Assembly (NCBI GenBank): GCA_963662495.2
Contig: CAXVYQ010000002.1
Location: 390,355 to 454,354, forward strand
Length of the DNA stretch: 64,000 bases
Direction: 5' to 3'
Source: Terriglobia bacterium
GTDB lineage: Bacteria > Acidobacteriota > Terriglobia > 2-12-FULL-54-10
Part shown: positions 1 through 7,312 of the stretch, one piece after another
Numbering within the stretch: position 1 is the stretch's first letter
Layout: the number at the start of each line of letters is the position of its first letter
The notes under the pieces: generated by a model
The model's database searches: none
What the model was told of the DNA's origin: nothing
What the model saw: the letters and a program-made list of their open reading frames with translations, nothing else
Made by a program: the position numbers and the translations under genes

Positions 1-366
1 ACGTCCAACAATATTCTTTGCCGTTTTATACTGCACCTCCAACGGCTGCCGCAATTGATTCACCGACAATGCGCCGCCCGCGTTCGAGACCAGATCGATC
101 GCCGTAAACCATTTCTTCAGAGGAAGATGGCTGTCATGAAAGATCGTTCCCGTGGTGGGGGAGAACTGGTGCCGGCACTCCTTTTCCAGGCACTGGAACA
201 GATGCCGTACCTTCCCGGTTTTTCCCTTCGTCTGAAACCGTGAAATCCGGTCATGTCCGCAAACCGGGCAGCGCACTCCGCCGGGCCACCGAAGGTTTTC
301 CAGATAGGCGATACACTCTTGTTCGGTCTGTAAACCGGCTGCCTGCTTCAAATCAATCAGGGTCAT
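1..366 (-). CDS. IS1595-family transposase, N-terminal zinc-ribbon part (gene continues past the left edge of the window)
   Basis: My own translation of the minus strand from the ATG at 366-364 gives MTLIDLKQAAGLQTEQECIAYLENLRWPGGVRCPVCGHDRISRFQTKGKTGKVRHLFQCLEKECRHQFSPTTGTIFHDSHLPLKKWFTAIDLV... The CPxCG ... QC..C pair plus the GTIF..S.LPL.KWF block is the typical IS1595 transposase N-terminus. It is missing from the ORF track because no stop codon lies inside the window. Confidence 0.7.
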   Translation of the reverse strand, partial: MTLIDLKQAAGLQTEQECIAYLENLRWPGGVRCPVCGHDRISRFQTKGKTGKVRHLFQCLEKECRHQFSPTTGTIFHDSHLPLKKWFTAIDLVSNAGGALSVNQLRQPLEVQYKTAKNIVGR

Positions 367-479
367 TCCAGCCTCCTGTCTGCCCGCGATTATACAAGCA
401 GTTACGACGGTTATCCACAACGCATTTGAATGAATCCCAAAAGTGAATCCACCTCCGGTCCCAATCCGGTTACCGCATG

Positions 480-1605
480 CTACGGATTCTTCGAGCCGGC
501 TTTGATCTGATCCCATGCCCAGCTGGCGTGTTCCTGAATCAGGGGGTCTTCGTGCTGGGCAAGTTGCTCCAGGATGGGCAGGAAATCCCGATTGCCGGAG
601 TTGCCCATCGCCACGGCCACGTTCCGTAAAAAACCTCTGTATTTCGCTCGTTTCATGGGACTTGCCCGAAACGCCTCCCGGAACCCGGCTTCGGTCATCG
701 CCGCCAGCTTTTCCAGTGGCGGATTAAATGCGGTAGTGCCATCGATTTCCTCGATGGTCGATTTTCCGGAGCTTTCATGATCGCCGGAGTTTGCAGGAAA
801 GAATGGTCCGGGGTTGAAAGGGTTCCAGTTGCGTCATTAACGGTTTGTTATTCCAGGGGCATACATCCTGGCAGATGTCGCAGCCAAACACGTGGTTGCC
901 GATCCGGTCCCGGTATTGATCCGGAATCGCGCCCTTCAACTCAATGTTGAAATAGGAGATGCATTTCGTGGCATCTAGCTGGTAAGGCGCAACGATTGCG
1001 TCCGTGGGGCAAGCATCCAGACACCGCGTGCAGCTGCCGCAGCGGTCCACCGCGGGCGCATCCGGTTCCAGGTCCAGGCTGGTGAGGATCTCTGCCAGAA
1101 AGAACCAGGAGTCGACCCCCTCATGAATCAAGCAGGTGTTCTTCGCCATCCAGCCCAGGCCTGCCGACCATGCGAGGGCACGTTCCAGCAGCGGTCCCGT
1201 GTCGACGTAAACCTTGGCATCGAAAGGTTCGGGTACCTGTTGACGCAGCTCCGTCAGCAGCAGTTCCAGACGCTCCCGCACCACGTCATGGTAATCGGTT
1301 CCCCAGGCGTAACGGGATATCCCGCCCCTCTCCGGGTCCGGGCAATCGATAGAGCGGGGAAGGTCTACATGATAGACCATGCCGACGCAGATGACCGAGC
1401 GGACGGTGGGCAGGACCAGGGCCGGATCGCGGCGTTGGAACCTTTTCATGTACTCCATCTCGCCCTGGAAGTCCTTTTCGATCCAGGTAATGTAGCGGTC
1501 GCGATTCGCCGGGTCGAGCTTGGCGGGTGCGATGCCACACAGGTCGAAGCCGAGCCGTTCGGCCGCCGAGACGATGAAGGTTTTCAGTCGCTGATTGTTC
1601 ATCAC
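480..1605 (-). pseudogene. queG: epoxyqueuosine reductase QueG, split into two ORFs by a frameshift around 700-790
   Basis: ORF 775-1605 carries the QueG hallmarks: the N-terminal DUF1730-like region, CGSCTRCLDACPTDAI and FGCDICQDVCPWNNK 4Fe-4S motifs, and CISYFNIELKG. ORF 480-698 encodes the C-terminal HEAT-like tail (FRASPMKRAKYRGFLRNVAVAMGN). The tail frame stays open upstream through ...AFNPPLEKLAAMTEAGF but is offset by one nucleotide from the body frame, which stops at 775-777. Confidence 0.75.
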
Positions 1606-1829
1606 AGGCTTGATTTTATTGACGAAGATGCATTTCGATTTGATGAAAATTCTTACAGGGAATCAGGACCCGGACACACGAATTCACGCTATGATCATCA
1701 CGAATACAAATCCGCGAATTTCTATGAAGTATGCAATTCGCATGATGCGGCCAGTTTTGAGTTCCCCCCATTCAACAGCGTATTTTCCCCGAATAGCCTT
1801 AAAAAATCACATTTTAGACGAATTAGCTT

Positions 1830-1858
1830 CAGGAATCTTTCCATGAGTCGCCTATAAT
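1830..1858 (+). promoter_or_regulatory. candidate sigma70-type promoter upstream of the radical SAM gene (TATAAT at 1853-1858, weak -35)
   Basis: A perfect TATAAT hexamer lies in an AT-rich 400-nt intergenic region about 155 nt upstream of the ATG at 2013. The -35 (ttcagg) is only weak. Confidence 0.25.
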
Positions 1859-2012
1859 AGCCCAGTTTACGGATACAGGCGTATCAGTCCATCCGGTCGC
1901 TGCGACCGGACAACAGACGGGCTAAATAACGGTAAACCATGAGTCGGCGAAACAGCGGACTGTAAGGGAATGAGCAATCGAGACAGCATATTTCGAGGAG
2001 AAACGCACACCG

Positions 2013-4046
2013 ATGCATAAACCAACAAAGTATCTGGATAAAGGGATCACTGTGGCCGCCAATGCGGCTTGGAACACCATTCAGTTTTTCAATCAATACA
2101 AGCCGAACAAGACCTTTACGCCAAAATGGTCGGAAAAGCCGCTGTTGAAGTCCTACCAGAAAACGAAGCCGACGCTCGGCTGGCCGCGCCAGACCGACTC
2201 GCTCTGCCCGGTGTGCGTGCGGGAAGCCCGCAAACGCATTTTGGATGGCGACCAGGAAGTCTCCACGCTCGTAAACGAGAAGGTGGGTGAAATCAAAGCG
2301 ACGATTCTGGAGCGCGACGGCAAGATCATGATCGAGAAGGATTGCCCGGAGCACGGGCATTTCGAGGACGTCATGTCCATTGACCCGGAATTCCTGACGC
2401 ACATTGAAGCCATGTTCCCGGGCCGCGACATCCAGGCGCACAATGACAAGGACCTCCACAACCATGGCACCAGCACGATCAAGCATGGCCGCGGAGCCGT
2501 GCTGACGATCGATCTGACGAACCGCTGCAACATGATGTGCGACCCCTGTTTCATGGATGCCAATCAGGTCGGGTTCGTTCATGAGCTGACCTGGGATGAT
2601 GTGAAACAGTTGCTCGACAATGCCATCAAGATCAAGCCGCGCCGGCAGATGTCCGTGCAGTTTTCCGGCGGCGAGCCGACCATCTCGCCCTACTTCCTGG
2701 ATGCCTGCGCCTATGCCCGCAAAGTCGGCTACAACAGCGTGCAGACGGCGACGAACGGGATCGAGTTTGCGCAGAGTCCTGAGTTTGCGAAGAAGGCATA
2801 TGAAGCAGGATTGCGGTATGTCTACCTGCAGTTTGACGGCATCGGAAACGCCGCGAACGATCATCGCAGAGTCGGGAACCTGTTCGATGTGAAGCTGAAA
2901 GCGATTGAAAACTGCCACACCGCGGGAATCGAGATCATTCTGGTTACCACGCTGGTAAATGAAGTGAACAACGAGCAAGTGGGGCCGATCATTCAGTTCG
3001 CGCTGGACAACCCGGATAAGATCGCCTTCATCTCCTTCCAGCCGGTTTCCTTCACTGGACGGGACGAGGAGATCACCGATGAGCGCCGCTTGCGCCAGCG
3101 CTACACGCTTTCGCACATGGCGCACGATGTGAAGCGGCAGACCGGCATGACGGAGCCGACCCGGGATTGGTTCCCGCTATCGTCGATGGGTAGTTTTGCG
3201 GATCTGGCCGACCTGATTCATGGTCCCGAGGAGCAGTGGGGGCAGGTGAGTTGCAGTTGCCACCCGAACTGCGGCGTGGGCACGGCGGTCATGGTGAACA
3301 AGAAGAACAAGGAGTGGGCTCCGGTACCGCAGTTCCTGAACGTCCCGCAGTTGTTCGATGACATGCGGACGATCACCGACTCCGCGCGCGGGAAGTTCTT
3401 CTCCAACCTGCAGATGGGTCTGGCGATGTGCAGGAACTTCGATCCCTATCAGGCGCCACCCAGCCTCGGGCTGGCCGACATCTGGAAGAAGATCGATAAG
3501 TCGCTCGGGCTGACCGGCTCGGATTATGGCGTGGGCCTGGAGCGCCGGAAGGATCCGTGGAACTTCCTGTTCATCGCGGGAATGTGGTTCCAGGATCTGT
3601 GGACCTATGACTTCCGCCGGACGGAAATGTGCGTAATCCCCTACGCCACGCAGGAAGGTGAGATCTCCTTCTGCGCCTACAACACCGGTGTGGGCTGGAG
3701 AAATATCATCGAAAAAATGCACATGACGGCGACGCTGACCAAGTGGTATGAGGACAAGGGACGGCATGCCATCTATGCCGGAGGCAAGGCGGTTCCGCTG
3801 GCCGACGAGGAGCACTCACTGAGGTTGAACACCGAGCACGTCGAGCGGGGGCCGCAGATCTCGGAAGGTCCGCAGAATGCGCGTCAGGAAAAGATGGCGT
3901 CAACCGAAGAGCTTCAGAATCGAGAGATGATGAAGCTCTATCGTCAGCATGTGTTGAAAGAAGAGACAGTGAATCTGGTCCAGATCGGATCTGCGCCCAA
4001 GCCGAAGGTCGATGTAACGGAAGACGAGTTGGTAGCAGGCGACTAG
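2013..4046 (+). CDS. radical SAM enzyme with an N-terminal Cys-knuckle domain (MJ0619 / tetraether-lipid-synthase-like architecture)
   Basis: 677-aa ORF. It has the CX3CX2C motif NRCNMMCDPC, preceded by SLCPVC ... DCPEHGHF knuckles and followed by GGEPT and further Cys clusters (CSCHPNCG, CVIPY..ISFCAYN). The antisense ORF 1884-3125 is Arg/Gly-rich noise. Confidence 0.7.
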   Translation: MHKPTKYLDKGITVAANAAWNTIQFFNQYKPNKTFTPKWSEKPLLKSYQKTKPTLGWPRQTDSLCPVCVREARKRILDGDQEVSTLVNEKVGEIKATILERDGKIMIEKDCPEHGHFEDVMSIDPEFLTHIEAMFPGRDIQAHNDKDLHNHGTSTIKHGRGAVLTIDLTNRCNMMCDPCFMDANQVGFVHELTWDDVKQLLDNAIKIKPRRQMSVQFSGGEPTISPYFLDACAYARKVGYNSVQTATNGIEFAQSPEFAKKAYEAGLRYVYLQFDGIGNAANDHRRVGNLFDVKLKAIENCHTAGIEIILVTTLVNEVNNEQVGPIIQFALDNPDKIAFISFQPVSFTGRDEEITDERRLRQRYTLSHMAHDVKRQTGMTEPTRDWFPLSSMGSFADLADLIHGPEEQWGQVSCSCHPNCGVGTAVMVNKKNKEWAPVPQFLNVPQLFDDMRTITDSARGKFFSNLQMGLAMCRNFDPYQAPPSLGLADIWKKIDKSLGLTGSDYGVGLERRKDPWNFLFIAGMWFQDLWTYDFRRTEMCVIPYATQEGEISFCAYNTGVGWRNIIEKMHMTATLTKWYEDKGRHAIYAGGKAVPLADEEHSLRLNTEHVERGPQISEGPQNARQEKMASTEELQNREMMKLYRQHVLKEETVNLVQIGSAPKPKVDVTEDELVAGD

Positions 4047-4215
4047 GACCCGACACCATCCGGGGTAAGAGTTTTCGGGCAATGGTTCTGGTAGAATATC
4101 CAGGGCCGTTGCCCGAAAGCCATTTCAGGGGACAGGAAGGGCAGTTTTCCGGGTTCACAGCCAGTGCCCGCGTTGCATCACGGTATGGTTGCATTACGGA
4201 TGGAAGGGTCAGAAG

Positions 4216-4473
4216 ATGCCGATCTACGAATATATCTGCGAGGATTGTCGCAAACCATTTGAGAAGCTGGTGATGCGTGCCAGCGAAAAGATCAGTTGCC
4301 CGGATTGCGGGGGCAAGCGGAATGCGATGCAGTATTCGGTGGTAGCTGCGCCGGGCCGCCGCGGCGATGGCGGGTACTGCGAAACCGGTGGCTCCACCGG
4401 TGGCGCCACGGGTGGCGACACTAGTGTTGGTGGATGCGGCGGTTGCTCTCCATCGGGCTGCGGTTGCCACTGA
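4216..4473 (+). CDS. FmdB-family zinc-ribbon protein with a Gly/Cys-rich tail
   Basis: MPIYEYICEDCRKPFEKLV...SCPDCGG is the CxxC-x-CxxC FmdB signature. The C-terminus is GGCGGCSPSGCGCH. A GGAAGGG Shine-Dalgarno-like run precedes the ATG at 4216. Confidence 0.7.
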   Translation: MPIYEYICEDCRKPFEKLVMRASEKISCPDCGGKRNAMQYSVVAAPGRRGDGGYCETGGSTGGATGGDTSVGGCGGCSPSGCGCH

Positions 4474-4564
4474 GATTTGGACGGGGTCCCGGGATGGCGC
4501 GAAATGAGTTTCCTCCGAAAATTGATAGTCGTAATCCTCATCCCAATTTCCGAGAGAACCCATC

Positions 4565-4641
4565 GGGCGGTTAGCTCAGTTGGTTAGAGCACCTGCCTTA
4601 CAAGCAGGGGGTCGCAGGTTCGAGTCCCGCACCGCCCACCA
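4565..4641 (+). tRNA. tRNA-Val (anticodon TAC), CCA encoded
   Basis: Hand-folded cloverleaf: acceptor GGGCGGT/ACCGCCC, D arm GCTC/GAGC, anticodon stem CCTGC/GCAGG with loop CTTACAA, T arm GCAGG-TTCGAGT-CCCGC (one A-C mismatch), then discriminator A plus CCA. Confidence 0.9.
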
Positions 4642-4668
4642 TTCATAATAAAAGACTTAATTGAAAAT

Positions 4669-4696
4669 AAACGGCCCTGAGAATGGCCCGTTTTTG
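4669..4696 (+). terminator. possible intrinsic terminator after tRNA-Val
   Basis: aaacggcc-ctgagaat-ggcccgttttt forms a GC stem (one bulged C) followed by a T run. Confidence 0.4.
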
Positions 4697-4760
4697 CTTT
4701 GGGGTAACGCCAGGGGTAACAAATCTGGGTTGCTAGGAACAAATTGCACACCGCCGCGGC

Positions 4761-5870
4761 GCTGTTGCATGATTCAACCTTGGCGCGAGTCAGGCCGTTT
4801 TCCCAACCGCTCATTCATGACACCACGGCGTAGGACTTAGGACTCCCGAGCTCGGCCATCCGGTTGAGGATGTGACACCCAATCGTGGCTTCTCTCCTTT
4901 GCGCGTTGCTGTTCCTCGCCTTCAGGCTTCCTCCGAGCACTGCCTTGTATCGGAAGAACGCGTTCTCAACGCGCGCCTGCTGACGGTAGCCCGACTCCTT
5001 CTGCCACTCTCGTCGTCCGATCTTACGAATCCTCTGAAGAGCCGCTTCTCGTTGCGCCCACGGGCCGTCCGTGGGCCCCGCATCCACCGCACAGCGACGA
5101 GGGGGGATCACGATCACGACGTCCTTTGTACCGGCCGCGCCGACCCGATCGTAGATCGACCTGTGGTCGTAGGCCCCGTCCGCCGTGAAACGCCGGATGG
5201 GAACCTCGATCTGGTCGAGCAGATCCGGCAGGGCGGAGGCGTCGTCCCCGCTGCTCGTCGTGAGTTCGGCCGCCACAATGAACCCCTCGTCATCCACTCC
5301 GATGTGCAGCTTTCGCCAGTCCCGGCGTTTCTTGGATACCTTGTACTTGTGCGCGTTCCACTCGCTGCAACCCAGGATCTTGAGCCCCGTGGAATCTACG
5401 ATCAGGTGGATCGGGCCGTCGTGGGCTCGGGTTAGGGGCGGCACATCAACTATTTGGTTCCGGCGCGAGAGTGTGGTGTGGTCCGGAGCCTTGAGGTCGA
5501 GGTCCATCAAGCTGAGCAGAGAGTCCAGGAAACCCTCGGTCTGGCGAAGTGGCAGGCGGAAGACGACCCGCAGCGTCAACGCGGTCAAGATCGCGAGGTT
5601 TGAATACCGCCGCTGGCCTCCCCGGAGACCGTTCTTCGCCGGTATCCACGCGGCAATCGCCTCCTCGCTCAGCCAGATCGTGACGTCGCCGCGGCTCCTG
5701 AGGCCACGTTCGTATTCCCTCCAGTTCCGGATTCTGTACTTCGTCTTGTACTTGCGGTTGACTCGGCTCGACTTCCCTGCGGCCATGACGTTGCCCCCCT
5801 TGATCTCCATGATGGATCGGGACACCCAGCCATTGCTAGCGTGGGAGCCGAGGCTGATTCATGCACCAAC
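4761..5870 (-). mobile_element. IS5-family insertion sequence (about 1.1 kb)
   Basis: Imperfect terminal inverted repeats are gctgttgcatgattcaaccttggc (4761-4784) and the reverse complement of 5847-5870, gttggtgcatgaatcagcctcggc (19/24 identical). They bracket a single DDE transposase gene. Confidence 0.75.
4815..5825 (-). CDS. IS5-family DDE transposase
   Basis: The 336-aa ORF has the YKTKYRIRNWREYERGLRSRGDVTIWL N-terminus and the DSTGLKI ... ADGAYD ... RQQARVENAFFRYK (DDE) blocks typical of IS5. The true start may be the MAAGKS Met at 5786. Confidence 0.85.
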   Translation of the reverse strand: MSRSIMEIKGGNVMAAGKSSRVNRKYKTKYRIRNWREYERGLRSRGDVTIWLSEEAIAAWIPAKNGLRGGQRRYSNLAILTALTLRVVFRLPLRQTEGFLDSLLSLMDLDLKAPDHTTLSRRNQIVDVPPLTRAHDGPIHLIVDSTGLKILGCSEWNAHKYKVSKKRRDWRKLHIGVDDEGFIVAAELTTSSGDDASALPDLLDQIEVPIRRFTADGAYDHRSIYDRVGAAGTKDVVIVIPPRRCAVDAGPTDGPWAQREAALQRIRKIGRREWQKESGYRQQARVENAFFRYKAVLGGSLKARNSNAQRREATIGCHILNRMAELGSPKSYAVVS

Positions 5871-6927
5871 GCAGTTTCAGATGTTCGGCGTCGAAACGTG
5901 CTCCTTTCTTCCAGACGATCCAAGTGATCGTCGCAATCTTGCGTGCCACGGTGAGTCGAGCCAGCGCAGGCTTCATCCCCTTGGCCAGTAACCCTTCGTA
6001 ATACTCATGCAACAATCCAGTCGAACCGCTGGCCTGCATGGCCGCGCTCTTGAAGATCCATTTCAGATCATGGTTGTGGTTCTTATTCAGACCCCGCAGC
6101 GCCACCGGTTTCTGGGAACGGCGCAGTTGCCCATCCACGTAACGGTATTCCCGACTACCACGTGTCTCGATCGCCAGGCCGCTGTAGGCCCATAGTTGCC
6201 GCTTCGTCCGGAACCGGTGTGGGGTCTGTAGCAGCGCGATCAACACCGCCGCACGGATCGGACCGATTGACGGAATCTGGCGCAGCAATTTCGTCGCTCC
6301 ATGCTTGCGGCTCTCCGCCAGTAGATCCCGGCGCACCGCCTGGCGTAATGCTTGCAGCCCGTCCAGTTGCTGATAGAGGAACTCAGCCCGACAGCGCACA
6401 CCGGCTTCCGTGATCTTGCTCAACCATTCCGAACGATGTCGCGGTGCGTAGACTTGCGTGCCCGCGCAGGCAATACCCCAGCTTCGGTACAATGCCTTCA
6501 GCCGATTCATCACTCGCGTGAGATCTTTGCTCACCGTCAGATAACTCCGCGACAGCTCCTGCAACGTGCGTAGACCCTTTTCCCCATGGTAGACCGCCGA
6601 GAGCGATCCATTCCGCAGCAGTTCGGCCAGCTTCCTCGCATCGATCCGGTCGCTCTTGTTGCCCGATTTCAGCAACGCATTCTTTCGCGGATCGCACACG
6701 ATCAGCTGCGACACGTGAGGCCGCAGCAAGTCATACAGCCAGGCAGCCCAGGTCCCCTCTTCCAACGTGACCTGCAAATCCCCCTGCAGTCCTTGGAGGA
6801 ACTGCACAATCGTGGCTGCCTTCGTTTCTACGATCGTCTCCATCACCAGCTTGCCCGAAGAGTTCATGACCGCAATCGTTATCGCTTCTTGGTGCACGTC
6901 CATCCCGATATACTTTGTTCTATCCAT
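5836..6927 (-). CDS. IS110-family recombinase/transposase, copy 1 (C-terminus reads into the IS5 inverted repeat)
   Basis: It has the IGMDVH, LEEG, CDP and KSDRIDA DEDD/RuvC-like motifs, then QIPSIGPIRAA and YSGLAIETRGS in the C-terminal domain. The last residues RWCMNQPRLPR replace the QAA of copy 3. Confidence 0.9.
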   Translation of the reverse strand: MDRTKYIGMDVHQEAITIAVMNSSGKLVMETIVETKAATIVQFLQGLQGDLQVTLEEGTWAAWLYDLLRPHVSQLIVCDPRKNALLKSGNKSDRIDARKLAELLRNGSLSAVYHGEKGLRTLQELSRSYLTVSKDLTRVMNRLKALYRSWGIACAGTQVYAPRHRSEWLSKITEAGVRCRAEFLYQQLDGLQALRQAVRRDLLAESRKHGATKLLRQIPSIGPIRAAVLIALLQTPHRFRTKRQLWAYSGLAIETRGSREYRYVDGQLRRSQKPVALRGLNKNHNHDLKWIFKSAAMQASGSTGLLHEYYEGLLAKGMKPALARLTVARKIATITWIVWKKGARFDAEHLKLRWCMNQPRLPR

Positions 6928-7006
6928 TCAGGCTGCTCCTTTCGATAGGCGTTAAGGTTAACGCTCGAAACCTATCGCACTAGGGGCGCCCTTTTATAAT
7001 GCGTGT
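5871..7006 (-). mobile_element. IS110-family element, copy 1 (3'-truncated: lacks the roughly 435-nt tail present in copies 2 and 3)
   Basis: Near-identical to 58232-59367 and to most of 10398-11488. Identity starts exactly at the IS5 terminal repeat (5870/5871) and ends after ...ataatgcgtgt (7006). Confidence 0.8.
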
Positions 7007-7312
7007 AGACCTATCCGCCTCGCAGGATTACTCTATACTTCGCCGTTACTCAGGAGTAATCGCCGAGGACGGGTCCGATGGGGGTGCCTCTGCTGGGGGA
7101 GCTCTTACGGAAGCGGGGGAGAATCATCTGGGCTTTTTTGCCTGGAGCTTCGGTCTCCAAACCCCTGGCTCTTCCGGGCGGCGGCGAGCAGTTCTCAGGC
7201 GATCGCTTGCCTTGAAACTGCCTTCGTCCTTATCGCGGTACAATTTCCCCCGGCCGGGTCAATTCGCAGTTTTTTATGGGAATCTGCCACAGATATGGGT
7301 TGATACTGTCGA

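Noticed and set aside
1884-3125. Long antisense or alternative-frame ORFs inside high-GC genes. Examples: 1884-3125 (-), 20298-22946 (-), 32793-34241 (-), 37363-38880 (-), 39389-40609 (-), 45712-47472 (+), 42303-43259 (-).
   Set aside because: They overlap genes with clear family motifs, are Arg/Gly/Pro/Ala-rich with no recognisable domains, and are the expected stop-poor shadow frames of GC-rich coding DNA.
4565-4641. The A-C mismatch in the T stem of tRNA-Val as a sign of a tRNA pseudogene.
   Set aside because: All other stems, the anticodon loop, TTCGA and the CCA end are canonical. A single mismatch is tolerated in functional tRNAs.
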